Part shown: piece by piece, positions 51,061 to 64,000 of the stretch
Layout: every line of letters starts with the position of its first letter
Numbering within the stretch: the first letter of the stretch is position 1
Assembly: GCA_964187785.1 (NCBI GenBank)
Contig: OZ076409.1
Span: 45,820,001 to 45,884,000, forward strand
DNA from: Amphiscolops sp. MND2022
Taxonomy: Eukaryota
Length of the DNA: 64,000 nt
Reading direction: 5' to 3'
The notes under the pieces: model-generated
What the model was told of the DNA's origin: nothing
Seen by the model: the letters and a program-made list of their open reading frames with translations, nothing else
The model's database searches: none
Program-made: the position numbers and the translations under genes

Positions 51061-52919
51061 TTTTTCATGATTGGATAAACAAAGCCACCTTCCAAGTTTT
51101 ACATGTACAGAAGAACACACAAACATCAAAGCTACTTCTTTGGAAAGCGCCTGATTAGGACATAAGTCCCATGATAGCGTGACAAAGGAGTGAAAGATAG
51201 TTTGACACGTGACATTATAAACTTTTCTTGGGTGAAACAACAAAACAGTAATAAATGTCAACAACGCATCAAAGAATCATCCTGCACTAAGAATTACAGG
51301 AATGTGAACATTCCTTTGCAAGCACGTGCCTACGCACGCAGGCTGAATATTTGTTTGAAATAATAAATTTAGTACTGTGACCTTTATTTTTTCATGTTAA
51401 AATATCTACTTCATGGTGGCCAGAAAACGCTTTCGGACTAAAATCTGGACCTGACATTTCTGTCAGAAAGGTTCCAAGAGCCAATACATCATATGTTCAG
51501 CTTCGATAGGCAACAGATCATCGTTATTTTTATTGAATACTTATGTGCATGAAAAAAACATTAAGTACTTTCAGATCAAAAGCACATCATTATTGGTTAA
51601 GTAAAGCGTTCCGCATAAATAAGACAAGTATTGGCCGGAGTCGGCCGTTTGACTTGCGTCACATGAGTCGCAGCTTCATTTGGCCAAATGGTTGTAACCG
51701 GCATAATAAAATAATACTGCATAGCAACAAAGTATTTGTATAAATCTGATTGGTTGATTTTTGAACTGAACTCAACGCTGCCGTGAGAAACGTTTCCGCA
51801 TTTGAACACATTTCCTTTCCGCTGATTAATTGCCTACAATTTTTATTAGCTCTTTCAAAACACTTTACATACATCGTAACTTCAATAGGTTCGCCCTCTT
51901 GATTTGAATACCTCAAATCGTAATATTTTACCAGACTAATCTAAATAATCGAATCTAACAACGATATACGAAGGTAGCAACATCTGAAATGAAAAGTTTT
52001 CTTATTAAAGTAAAGAGTTTTTGTTTTGTTGAGTGTTGGGCAGAGTTCCAGGTGCGATTTCTTGCCCAGTTGTTGTCGTCGTTGTCGTTGTCCCGTCATA
52101 GGCGGCAGCCTGCGACACATCCTGTTAATCATATTTAGTTTTTGTTACTGAGCAGTGTTAAAATATAATGAAACAAGACGCCCGCTAAGCATCGGGATAT
52201 TTTCCTCTTAAAACGTAACGCATTATCACGGATTCGAACCCACGACCTCAAATCTGCCAGGTGACTTGATGGAGTTACTAAATGTGTGTTACTAAATGTA
52301 GTAAATGTGTGTTACTAAATTTTGCCGTGTTACTAATTGGAGAAATAAAGTGGAGTTTCAGTAGAATTTGTAAAAAAACGCAACACAGGTTATGATTTTC
52401 CTCCGCCATTATATGTGGGCAGAAAATAATAATAAAGTTAATCTTCTGATGTGGGTTCGGTTGTTGGTTGAAAAACATTAATCATCATGAACCTTAGACA
52501 TTTTCCGCTTGCAAAATTGTGCTAGAAAGGCTTTTCGCTTGAAGGTTTCACATAAGGAAGAATGTACCATATGGTTGACATTATGTAGTCTCTGCGTTTA
52601 TAATCGCTTAAATTCAATTATAATCAAAGACCGCATTGTATGAAACATATCTTTAAAAGAAGACGTTCCCTCCAAACTGCAAACTTTGTATCCCTCCTCG
52701 CTTGCATTGTTAAAAAGATTATTTTTTACCTCAATATTCCAAACATAACTGTAACTTTTGGGCATCAAGATTATAAAAAACTACGGAAATATTGTTTTTT
52801 CCTTCTTGAACTTCCAAACTCTTCGTTGTTGAAAACTTCCAATTTCCTCCCATCCAGTTGCTTGAACTTAGAATAAACAGTTTTCTGATTAAGCAGTTTT
52901 TCAAGTAGGAGTGCGCCAG

Positions 52920-54870
52920 GAATTGACTGCTGTCTGCACCCTCCCGTTGCTAGGGTATCGAAGTTCCCATCGCAGGCGGTATCCTGCCTCACTAAAAATG
53001 TATGCGCTCCTTTGATGTGACTACCCCTTTACTTGAAGATTTTGGAGACGTTTTGGACAATTTTTTAAGAAGGGAATGCATTAGAGGGATGAAAAGAAGA
53101 AATTCAAGTACTTGAGTGCTTCGTTTTTGAGTGTTTCTATCCTTTCATTTTTCTTTCGAAGCGGCTGGGGCGTGTGACTGAAATAATCCGGATCCAATAA
53201 TTTTCACTTCGCTTCGCACAGTATTTTTGCGTATTGTTTGAACAAGTCAGATAACAGACCATCCGAAGGTGAGCAGTGCTCTAATATAAAACTTTTGGAA
53301 AGAATAAGCAATGGAAATTATGCGTGCAAGGTTTTTCATACAACACGAGCACTGATCCAGTGGAGAACAGAATTCAACAACTTGAATACACAGACTGATT
53401 CTCGACTTCAACTTTTCCATTTCAACTTTTTCCAGTTCGATATTTTTTGTTTTCCTAAACAAAAAAATAGTTTTAGCACAATAATTGATTTTTTTCTCCA
53501 GCTTCTGTAAATAGCTACTAGTAGTAGTGGTGAAAAACTTGAGTGTTTTCCACTTTGCCTGGAGGCAAACGCTAGTTTCCTTACGTGGTTAGAAAGTCCC
53601 TCCGCATGTACGTGGGTTCGAGTGCCGCGATATAAACCGATTTTTACCGCTCACAAAGTTTGGGGCAAAACACAAAAAATCTCTTTTTATTCGAGTTTCT
53701 TTCGGCACGGAGTGGCTGTTCCCAGTTTTTTTTACAATTAGTGAAACCATTCAACTTCCAGCCAGGAAGAAGCGTTTTGCAAGCATAGAATTCCTTCGCT
53801 CCTACTTTGAGCAACTTACCGAAAAAAATTAATTTAATTTAGGAAAAAAACTAAAGTTAAAGTTTTAAGGTGACTTCTAGGACAGAGTAGACAGTTTTCG
53901 AATCGAAAGAGAGTGCACCACGAATTGACTGCTGTCTGCACCCTCCCGTTGCTAGGGTATCGAAGTTCCCATCGCAGGCGGTATTCTGCCTCACTAAAAA
54001 TGTATGCGCTCCTTTGATGTGACTACCTCTTCACTTGAAGATTTTAGAGAAGTTTTGGACAATTTTTCAACAAGGGAATACATTAGAGGGATGAAAAGAA
54101 GAAATTCAAGTATTTTAGTGCTTCGTTTTCAAGTGTTCTTATCTGTCTTTTCATTTTTCCTTTCGAAGGGGCTGGGGCGTGTGACTGAAAAAAATCCGGT
54201 TCTGATCATTTTCAATTCGCACTGCACTTGCGTATTGTTTGAACAGTCAAAAAGCACAACATCCGAAGGTGAGCAGAGCTCTAATAAAAAATTTTTTGCA
54301 AGAACTTCCTAGTAATTTTTTTCAGCTATGTTTCTGTTTTGGAAAAAATAAACTATGGAAGTTATGCGAGCAGGGTTTTTGATACAATCCAAATATTGAG
54401 TTGATTCAGTTCAGAGTAGATTTCCACAACTTCAACTATGTTTTGAAACCCCAGACTGATCATCGACTTCAACTTTTCCATTTTTGAACTAGTTCGCTTT
54501 TTTGTTCTTGAACAAAAATCTTAGTTTTAGCAGAGTAATTGATTTTGTATTCCTCTACGGTTGCTGTAAATAGCAACTAGAAGCGCTTATTCGAAAACTG
54601 GAGTGTTTTTCACCTGGTCTAAACGCAAGCGCGAGTTCCTCTAAGTGGCTATAATGTCCCTCTGCATGTACGTGGGTTCGAGTCCCGCGATAAACCAAAT
54701 ATTTTTAACGCTTGCAAAGTTGGGGGAAAGCCAGAATCTCCCCTTTTTTGAGTTTCGTTCGCACAATGAGGCTTCTATTCAGTTTCTCATACTTCAGGAA
54801 ATCATTTAATTTCTAGCTCAGTAGAAGCGTTTGGCGAGCATAGAGTGCCGCTGTTACTGCATTGTACGAC
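52920..54870 (+). repeat. Diverged tandem ~1-kb repeat, each copy containing a tRNA B-box-like (SINE-like) segment
   Basis: Copies start at 52920 and 53922; GGTTCGAGT(G/C)C at 53615 and 54675. Confidence 0.75.
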
Positions 54871-55552
54871 TCACCGAAGAATATTTTGATTTTTTTTGGG
54901 TTTATTCTGAGGGAAAAGAAATTTTAATGTCTTATGTTTTTTTTGACTTCATGGTTTTTTTTGGACTCTCGGACTGATACGGATCTTTTAGGCTCTGTGT
55001 CACATTATTTCGATCTTTTTCTTCTCAATGGGAGTTTGCTGCTTCGATTTGTGATGCTTTCTGTTAGAGCGTTTCTCGAGTCTAGTGGGTTACATCTTTG
55101 GGTACTTTTCGCATTGTGAGAATTTTTTATAGTGTAAAAATTTCGGAGAATTTCATGAAATTGGTTTTTTTCATCCTGAAAGGTCTTCCCTTGATTATTT
55201 TTTGTTCTTGTAAGGACATGAAAAAAGTTTTCACTTAATAGTTCCCCAGCGTGGGAGATCACAACAAAATCACATCGCGTTTGTGCTTTCCAAATTGAAT
55301 AATGAAAAACATTAAATCCAAATTGTCCAAAACAAAAAATTGCAGTTTATTCAAGTTGATAAAATTTTCGAATGCAGACATGTAAAAAGCCAAACGGATA
55401 GACAGAGGAAAACTTTTTTTTATGTTTTCGGGAGACGTTTTTGAACTATGTTCAAGGCGTTCTCAAGAAACATTTCACGAAAACAAAAGCGCCGAGAAGA
55501 CCCAAACTGAGCCTTTCGTACACGTTTCTCTAATTAAGAACATCAACCCAAA

Positions 55553-55892
55553 CAGGTATACTTTTTTTTAAAATGTCGCACAATTTCGAAAAACTTGAAG
55601 GAGGCACTGTACTACTCGTATCCTGACTTCTTCCTAATTTGGAATTTTCCTGAATTCCTTCAAAGTTTTGTAATTGTTTTCATTTAAAGCTATACGTTTT
55701 AAGAGCCTGAAAGGTACCTCCTTCAAGTTTTTCGAAATTGTGCGACATTTTAAGAAAAAGTATACCTGAAAAAGTATATCTTCCAGACTAAATAGCTCAT
55801 CTTTTGGCCTCTTTGGCTGTGTTCACTTAGTTATACGTTTTAAAGTCAGTAATAATTTTCTTTTTAGTGTGAGCTATTTAGTCTGGAAGATA
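55553..55892. repeat. Two adjacent inverted repeats (52-bp and 23-bp arms)
   Basis: 55553..55604/55717..55768 and 55777..55799/55870..55892. Confidence 0.9.
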
Positions 55893-56790
55893 AAACTAAT
55901 CTAATCATCGAAATATTCGGGCACCTTTTCTTGAACATAGGGATTGCAAATTTTGAGGATTTCAAGATTGTTTAGGATTTTTTTCTCGATAAGGTTGTTA
56001 TGCTGATTATCAGGCTAATCGAATGTTTTACGTCGAAATGTTTTACGTTGAATGTTTTAGGTTGAAAATATTGATTTTCTAAATTCGAACTGTTCTAAAA
56101 ATCTCAATAGATGAATTGCAACACTCCTAAATAAAAAATACAAGAGTTAAGAGTTGTCTTTGTTTTCCAATACTCAATTTTTGTTATTTTCAAAAAATTT
56201 GTTTCAACAAGAATGATTCTCTCTGAAAATGTACAAAAACTATCCATTTGACAAATACTGATATTCACCATTGTTGTGATTATATTTGATTTTGAAGATG
56301 AGACCATGAGCCAACTGTGAGACCATGGGACTACTCCAATTGAGAAAACTGCTGAATTTTAACTATGCAAAATTTGCAACACCCTACAGTATTCGCAATT
56401 TCGAAGTTCAAGATTCATTTGCCACTCGCATCAGACAACTTTCAAAACTTGTCCAATTTTGGATACTATCTGCGCAAATACATTGTTCAAGTAGCAGTGA
56501 AGTACTTGTTTCTCTTTGGGTCAATGGTAATTCTAGCGGTAAATTTTTCAAGTATGGTAAATCTACGAAACGGTTTGTCTTGAAAAGCAAGTTTTCAATA
56601 GTTTCAAAGTTGAGTCGATTTCGTTATTGGAAAACCAGTGAATTTTGTACAGTTTAAATTTTAAAAATCATCAATTTTTGATTCGCTCTCTTGCTGTTGT
56701 ATGTTTTCAAACTTTGAACCCGACTTTTTTTCTCTTCAGTAACATTAAGAACCTGCATCTGCAACATCCAATCTGCAATAACAAGACGAG

Positions 56791-59700
56791 ATGAATTATT
56801 CTGATATGCCAAATATCACTGCTGTCTACTCTTCATTGGATGACGTCATGAAAGAAGAGAACTTCGTTCTGTGGATGACCAAAGCGGTGACTTTGTTAGC
56901 TACAATTCTGTCCGTTCTTGGTCTCTTATCGGATGCTATCGCGTTCCGTATCAGCTGGGGACTACCGGAGAAAAAGTCAGCTAAATCTTTGATGCAAATG
57001 CAAGCGGCGGCGGATTGTTTCCAGTGTGTTTTCCTTTTGTTGGGGTCAATCTGGAGGCAAAAAGGTTCAGTGAAAGTTCTATCCATTCAAACGCTATAGA
57101 AATCTGAAGGCTCTAAACACAAGTGTCAGCTAGATACGTCAATCGTTTTTCGAACTTTCATCATTTAAAAAGTCTAATTGTGCACTAAAAAGGCAAGTAC
57201 AGAAAATGAACTTACAGTAGGGCACCAACAGTTACCGCACACCTAAACCTTTGAAAATTTCTTGACTTTTCAGCTAAAAAGGCAAGTTTTTATAGGAATC
57301 CATGGTTCGATATTCGCTCTCAAGCAGCAGACATACATACAATAATTTTAAAAATTGAAGTTAAAGGTGTTGTCTCTTTTGTAGTTTTAAAGTCATTATT
57401 TCGATCATGATCTCAGGAATGTTCCTATTTTTATCGAAATGGTTTCAGAAACCAAGCAATAAAGATACCCCTAGCGTCCTCTGTTTTATCCTCTGCCAAT
57501 TTTTACATCCAAACAGTCAACAACCTGAGAGCATTATTTCACTGTTTAGATCACAAGTTGTCAGCCGTTGCAAATGATTTTCAGTCAGAGTTTTTTCGTG
57601 TTGTTAGAGCGAGTCGATAAAATTCGAAAATATAAACAATCATTTTTGGCAGAATTTACGCTGAAATAAAAACATAGCATAGGGTGTCATTTTGATGTTT
57701 GCTGGAAGCAATGCAGCGTTTTAGGTTTTCCATCGAATGAAATTGAACTCCATGAAACGCCCAAATTAAAAATCAAAATTTGGTTGGTTGAACCTGACTT
57801 ATATGTTCAGAGGTTTTGTGAGAATGAACTTTAATCAGTGGCGCCGTGCTTACCGCTTTAATTGGAAAGAAAGTGCTGCACATAAATTTTTGGAAGCCTG
57901 CTGTGCTTTGAATATTCAGCAATTGATTCAAGATTTAATCATTATACTGAAGTGCTACTCTGTACCGCTAGAAAATGAACATTAATTCGTGACAGTTTTG
58001 TTTCGGTTCTTTCATATTTGTCGATTATGAAGATACTACCGGGTTTTCACTCTGCATATTTCTGTAAGAAAGTGTGCCCGAGTATAACAGTGAGTAGTTT
58101 GTTTCAGCAGTTCACCAAGCTTGTAGTGAACGATGTATTTTTGCAAAACTTTAGATCTAACCAGCTTTGAGAAAGGCAAAATGATTCCCTGTTTGAAGAT
58201 TTTACATTTTTACCTGGATTACCAACTTTCTTGAAGTTAACATAAAGCCTTTGTGCTTTTTCCGGCACTTCGTGATTTTTTTGATTTTTTGTGTGACCAA
58301 AAAAAGCTCTTTTGATTTTGTTTTGGTTCATTGCAGCTTTGGTTCATTGCAGAAAATTACCATTTATATAGTTTCTAAAACTCGAACTCGAAACGCTGCC
58401 CTTGAGCATGTTTCCAAAAGATTTTTTACTTTTGATGATAGTTACGATTGTACTTTTCAGTTACAACGTATTGTGCAGTGGTTAGAGCAATCAGCTTGTA
58501 TCGGGATCGAATCCCTTATAACTCACAGTTGTTCAGTCTTTAAAAGTCTTTCATCCATCTCTTAGGTGATCAACTTCCTTTCACCACTAATGTGTGTTAG
58601 TGTGTTAATAAAAAGTTTTGTATGAGAAAGCAAATCACCTTAAAGACATTTTTGCAAAACAGTCAAAACCGCCGCAGTGAGCTGCCCATTGGTTGAAATA
58701 ATGTTACCATAGCTGACTACGATGAGGAGATGAAACCTGAAAATCTTAATTTGACTACACAAAACTGTGTCAGCGGCACACTGACGAAACACCGACATTG
58801 AAACTCAGATATACTTCTATGGCGTCCACCTCGAAAAATTAGATAAACAGTCTTTTAGTTATTTAAGGTATCGCAATAACTGATTTCAACTCTAACCTAT
58901 CTTGCAAATTTTCGAAATTCATCTACAGTTTTGGGCCCCAAGTTGTCGCACTGACAACGAGCTGCATCGCTGCAGACAGACTTGTTGCAGTCATGTTTCC
59001 AATTCAATACAAAAATCATGCTACTGAAGCTAAAGGCTATCTGGTTGGTTCTGTAGCCATGCTTCTTGGATTTTTGATTGCCAGTCCAATTTTGGTGTTC
59101 AGCCAATTGGTGGATGATAAATGCATCATTGGGGAATGGAATGATGTTGTGTACCAGCTTCATGCTTATGCCAGTAAGTATGCTTATTCATGGCCTTCTC
59201 AAAGTGACTTTTTACCTTTCTTCACAAAAATTACCGAATATTTAAATTCTTGAACCTAAAAAGGATAGAGGGGGGACAAACATCCATCTAATTTTCTAAT
59301 CCACAAGGTTTTTTGAAAATTGCTAGTAATGTCACGTAGTCGAAGGTCCCACCAATCGACATTCATTCAATTCCATTTGATCTACTCAGTTTATTCAAGT
59401 GTTGTTTGCACGAATTTTGACATACAAGATTCAAATTCAGGACATTCCGACATTGTTCAATGTGTAGTTGCTTTGTTTCAGTCATCGTTTACATGCCAAT
59501 CTCGACAATTTGCACCTTGACTGTTGTACTGACAATAATAAAACGAAAGGTCTCGTCAGGATCAACGACCAGGAAGGCCACCACTTTCTCTAAACGAGAC
59601 AAAGAAGTGACAGCTGGTTTAATTGCACTGTGTTGTGTTTTCATTTTGTCTGAAACAGGGCAAGTAAATTACATTAACAAGTGTGTTTAATTGTCTTACA

Positions 59701-61670
59701 CGTTCAGTAAAAAATGGGTTTTCCTAAAGTTCCAAGGTTCTCGTTGAACTACGTTTTTCGATCCCAGCGTGATACCAATGTCACAGTGGTTCCATATAGT
59801 TGTACCCAATTTCGTAGTTTTGCATAGCTTCGTGCGATCATATACTTGAGAGTTTTCAACATTACCTCATACTTATTTTCAAAGCGTGGATAATACTGAT
59901 GCTTCTAGCGGCTTGTGTTTCACAAATGCAAAACCGTCACAAAATTTTTCCAATGGGACACTACCAAAAATACTTTTAACGTATTTCGATCATCGATTAA
60001 TTTCGTGTTGCAACTACTCCTTATCAAAGTCCGTTTTTAGTGTATTGCGGCCGTTTTCCGCCAGAAACAAAGGCAGGTAAGTTGTTCCTTGTACGGTTGT
60101 CACAATTATGGGACCCTTTTGTGAAATTATAATATTTTCGAAAAAAGGTGTTTAATTTCAAATAAGTAGAATGAATAATTGAGGGAGGGCCCAAAAGGAC
60201 CTTCTGATTGATTTTGGTGATCCTTTTTAGAATTTCATGTTTTTACCTCAGAACTATCCTCGAAATATATTGTTTCGAAGGCCGCCCCTCTCAGATTTTT
60301 TCTGGTGATGTGCAACTGTTTTTTAAAGTATTTTTCAAAATTTAATGAATTTTGAAACGCTCCAAGAAATTAGTTTCCGTTTGATGTTTTCAGTTACAGA
60401 AAAGCGTTTTCCGTGCACGAAAGGCTACCTTTGGATAAAAAACTCATATATTTGTGAGATGCCTTAAAACGTACTGAGCCTATTTTCAAAACTGCGCATT
60501 TTGAGCCTTGAGCGGGATGAGACTTTTTCCAAATATAAATAAAACGTTCAATCGAATTCATGATAGTGCGATGAAAGCAACCAATTGTTTCACATGCTTG
60601 GCTACTTGGATTATCACTTAAAAACATCCAAATGTTCCTTTCTTATCAATTTTCTCAATTCTGAATGAAAAGCAGATCTTAATGGTGCTAAAAGGTCCTT
60701 TCTTGTTTTTTTTTGTAAACGAGATCTTTTGAACTCTTTTAAATTGAACACATGGTCCCTTTTAGATTTTTCTGCCTCAGGTTAGTTTTTTTAGCTGAAA
60801 GGCTCCCTTTTTAAACATTCATGGCACTGCAATACTTTCAAAAACCTTTTTTTTCAGAAAGAACCCTTCAGCGTAATGGAAAACACTGCAAGTTTCGAGC
60901 CCATTGCGGCCACGGCTCAAAATCGTATTAAGGGTATGCTTTTCCAAATCAGCGATGAACCTGATTTATTATGGACATGCAGAGCACATACATCCAAAAT
61001 ACAAAAGAATGAATTGAGTCGAAGACAAAAGCTTCTTTAGCTTTATTTAGATAACTCGATCATTCAAGTCATACTTTGTATTATGGGAGAAAATTTTATA
61101 GGTTGAAAATTCAAACATTCAAAAACACTTTTATACTTTTTACAAGCTTAAGTAATATCATATTGTTTTAAAATTATCCTTTCTTGAAGCTTTTGGGTCC
61201 CTTTTTATTTTTTTTGCTGTTGATTAGTTTCATTGTATTCAAAAATATGGAAGTTTAAAAAGACCAGTTCACACTCTAAGTTTTTATAAATTTCAGCACA
61301 AAACGGAATTGTTGAATTGTTGACACAAGAATATTTTGTTTGATATTTGACTGTTTGAGAATTCCATGAACACGTTATTTTGTTTTGATCACTTTCGATT
61401 CGGTCAAAGAACCTATGTGTTGTAGTTTTCTGCCATATTTTTCAGAAACTTCTGGATTTCAGGTACTCTGTTTTGCAAATGGGGGCTAAGACCGGCTGGA
61501 ACTCTACAGTGGAGGTTTCGCCGTCGATGTTTAAATTTTTACTAGCATTGAGTGTTTGTTGTCTGGGACTGAACAGTGTGGCCACTGCTCCCATCTACTT
61601 GTGCATTACGCCAATGCGTCAAGCTCTCTTCAATAAAACCTCCCAACCAACTAGCAACAATCAAGTCTAG
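56791..61670 (+). CDS. Multi-exon rhodopsin-family (class A) GPCR, divergent peptide/chemoreceptor-like
   Basis: Exon from 56791 (N-glycosylation sequons, TM1, TM2 AAAD); tentative exon ~57996..58089 (FCK); exon 58929..59173 (AADRLVAVMFP, TM4); exon 59482..59659 (TM5-6); exon 61463..61670 (LNSVATAPIY, TM7). The last two junctions are phase-consistent; the first two are unresolved. Confidence 0.8.
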
Positions 61671-63299
61671 ACCAAGTTCTGACAGTCTGGAAAGCATTCA
61701 ACTCACTTCGAAGTATGCAAACTTTTTAGCGACAGTTGAATTGAAGTAGCATTTACATCGCCGGAAAACTAGACACGTAAGTTCATCGCAAAAACCTGAT
61801 AAAATGGAAAAATAAAATTCTGTTTTTTGCAATTTTGTTGCTGAAACGTTTGCTAGCTCTTCAATTCAGCTGTAACCGTTTCCTCTACAACTGTTCCTCA
61901 AATTTTTTCCTTTAGAATTATACTTCCCCAAATTTGTTGCTGCCTCCGCAAAAATACCAGCTGAGAGCCCCCTGCATGTTTTGAATCACATGATCTTTTT
62001 GTTTCTCAAAGCACCCAAAAAATGTTTTGAATGCTATACATGTACAACTCTGTAATTACATGAAATTTGATAGAAGTTTAGGGTTTATTTTCGCCCAATT
62101 ATAACCTTGCAGAAGTATTCTTCTTTAAAATCTTGAAGTAGAAGACAACAAAAAGTCTTAATCTGTGTAAGTAAGTTGCATGCCTTTAGAATCCTTCTGT
62201 GATGATTGAAATCAATGATTGAAAATTGGAATGTGGTGAGTCAGTTAAAATTAATAGGATTATCTTTTAACACTACTTTCGACGGTTTTTTGACAAACAG
62301 TGCATGCTTTCTTAAGATTTCACTTCAACTCTACCCATTTGCAAGAAAGCAATCTGCTCATACCCTTATTCAGTAAATAGAGTTTGAAAATCATAGAAAT
62401 TAGAAATTGATGTGTAATTGTGTTCGTAATACAATAACACGATCTTCACGGAAAATCTTTTGTCTTTTCTTTACAAGATATATGCCCAACAAAGTCTCCT
62501 TTTGGTGCCCAATTACATTGAGCTTCTACGTATGTCACTAAAAAGTACACTGCATTGGTGTATCTGCCACTATGAGATTTTTCAGAACCTTTTGAAAGAA
62601 ACATTACTCATTTGCAGCCTTAAGTGGGGCGGTATGAAACTCACGGTGTGCATGAATCGAAAGTTACGAACATGCTGAGTGTATCAAAAACATCAATATT
62701 ATCTCATTTTGTTTCAAGACTTACCCAATCACCGTACAAAATGATCGAAGCGACAGAGTGAAAAACATCAAGGGTTATACAGACCCTCAGCGTTGTAGAT
62801 ACGGATACAGCGCAGAATCATTGTGTCCAAGGTTCAAGCTTTATTTAAACCCAGCACAGGATCTAGCTAAAAGCCGCTACTTAGGAGGAACATCAACGTT
62901 CATCGCAGAAAAAGAAGCGAAACTATGAAAATTGATAATATTGAGAATCTTACAGAACGCAATCCACGCAAGGACTACAAAACTAAAAAGCGGATCGACA
63001 AGCAGTATCTCAGTGAAACCACTAATTGAGCTGTTCAAGAAAGCTAAGTATGAATAAAAAGTTTGACGTCTTTTTCAAGGTAAAAATGTAGCCAATAAAA
63101 TATTTTATTGCTTATTATTTTATTGCATATGCTTGTACAATTTACGAAACCGTATACTCTGTTTTCGGTCTCAGTTGTGAGATATAGGGGATCAAAGATG
63201 AAAAAATTACGTTTCTTCGAAACTTCTTCGAAGGAAACAATGAAGTCAATATTTTTTAGGCGAAAATGTAGCCTAGAATCTTGTGCAAAGTTTAGCGAA

Positions 63300-63830
63300 A
63301 ACATGGCTTTCATATCTTTTCTCTTGGTTTTTCTTTTGAGTATCCAATCTTTTCTATTGAGTATCCATATCTTTTGAGAAATTTGCCTCACAAGGCACAT
63401 GTCACGAAACACGTCGCGAAAAAAACTCGACCACATGGGCATCTCGTAAAGCTCGAAGACCCAAAAACTTCTCAACATATCAATTTTCAATTACTGTAAA
63501 CAACTTGGAAACAATAACGGGATTTTTCAAAGCTAAATCAATGGCGCGGAGAGGAATTTCCTTGTAGACACTGTTACGCCAACCTCAAAAATGCCAAACA
63601 ATCAAAAATGAATCCGGGAATCACACTTGAGAAGGTCAAAAACAACTTCGATGTCAACAAAAAGGAAACAATAATTGTGGGGAAAACAAACATTGGAAAC
63701 ACAAAAAGAAGTGTGAATGAACGAACCGAGAATGAAATTGAATTCTTCATCCATCCTAATACAACAGCTTGTCAAAACAAAAAACAACAAGCCGGGATCG
63801 GCATAAGTCGGCGCCATATCTAAGGCTCAA
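63300..63830 (+). pseudogene. Possible non-LTR retrotransposon RT relic
   Basis: Fragments KKLDHMGI, NNGIFQ and GITLEKVK..KKETIIVG weakly resemble LINE RT motifs. Confidence 0.25.
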
Positions 63831-64000
63831 AAATACCAAAAGACGTCGAAGTGACAAGTATTCCTTTGCAGTACCTGAAAGTGTCAAGTATTTTTTTACA
63901 GTACGAAAGTTGGGCCCAATTGGCACGCTAGCAGACCCCCGGCGCGCTAAAAGGGGGACCATTTCGGATTTTTTAACATCCATTGTTGTCAAATATCAAA

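Noticed and set aside
52225..52255. Minus-strand B-box GGTCGTGGGTTCGAATCC
   Set aside because: No complete cloverleaf; a SINE or tRNA fragment, not a tRNA gene.
63044..63490. 148-aa minus-strand ORF
   Set aside because: Non-ATG start, AT-rich and no motif; probably spurious.

Overview
Repeat-rich eukaryotic (metazoan-like) scaffold DNA, with spliceosomal introns and a 200-N gap. About 50 kb is Ty3/Gypsy LTR retrotransposons with unusual cargo. Element A (minus strand, 1..18527, runs off the left edge) is a decayed gag-pol element. Its Pol continues past integrase into two TARG1/OARD1-like macrodomains and is followed, at the env position, by a long ORF with an SGNH-hydrolase-like fold. A diverged, deleted relative (element C, ~37.5-46.4 kb) carries the same cargo. 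Element B (plus strand, 19622..36011) is complete, with 1956-bp LTRs, a TACTG target-site duplication and an A_AAA_AAC -1 frameshift. Its gag starts about 195 codons inside the LTR. It also carries an antisense ~1300-aa gene with two frame-restoring GT-AG introns, a BED/TTF-like zinc finger and a degenerate hAT-transposase-like body, plus a small sense ORF with a SUMO-interacting-like motif. A GGCC-N6-GGCC motif is repeated in its LTRs and internal promoter region. The right end holds a 215-bp perfect palindrome, LTR relics, tRNA-box repeats and a multi-exon rhodopsin-family GPCR gene. All domain calls are by eye from motifs; no searches were run.
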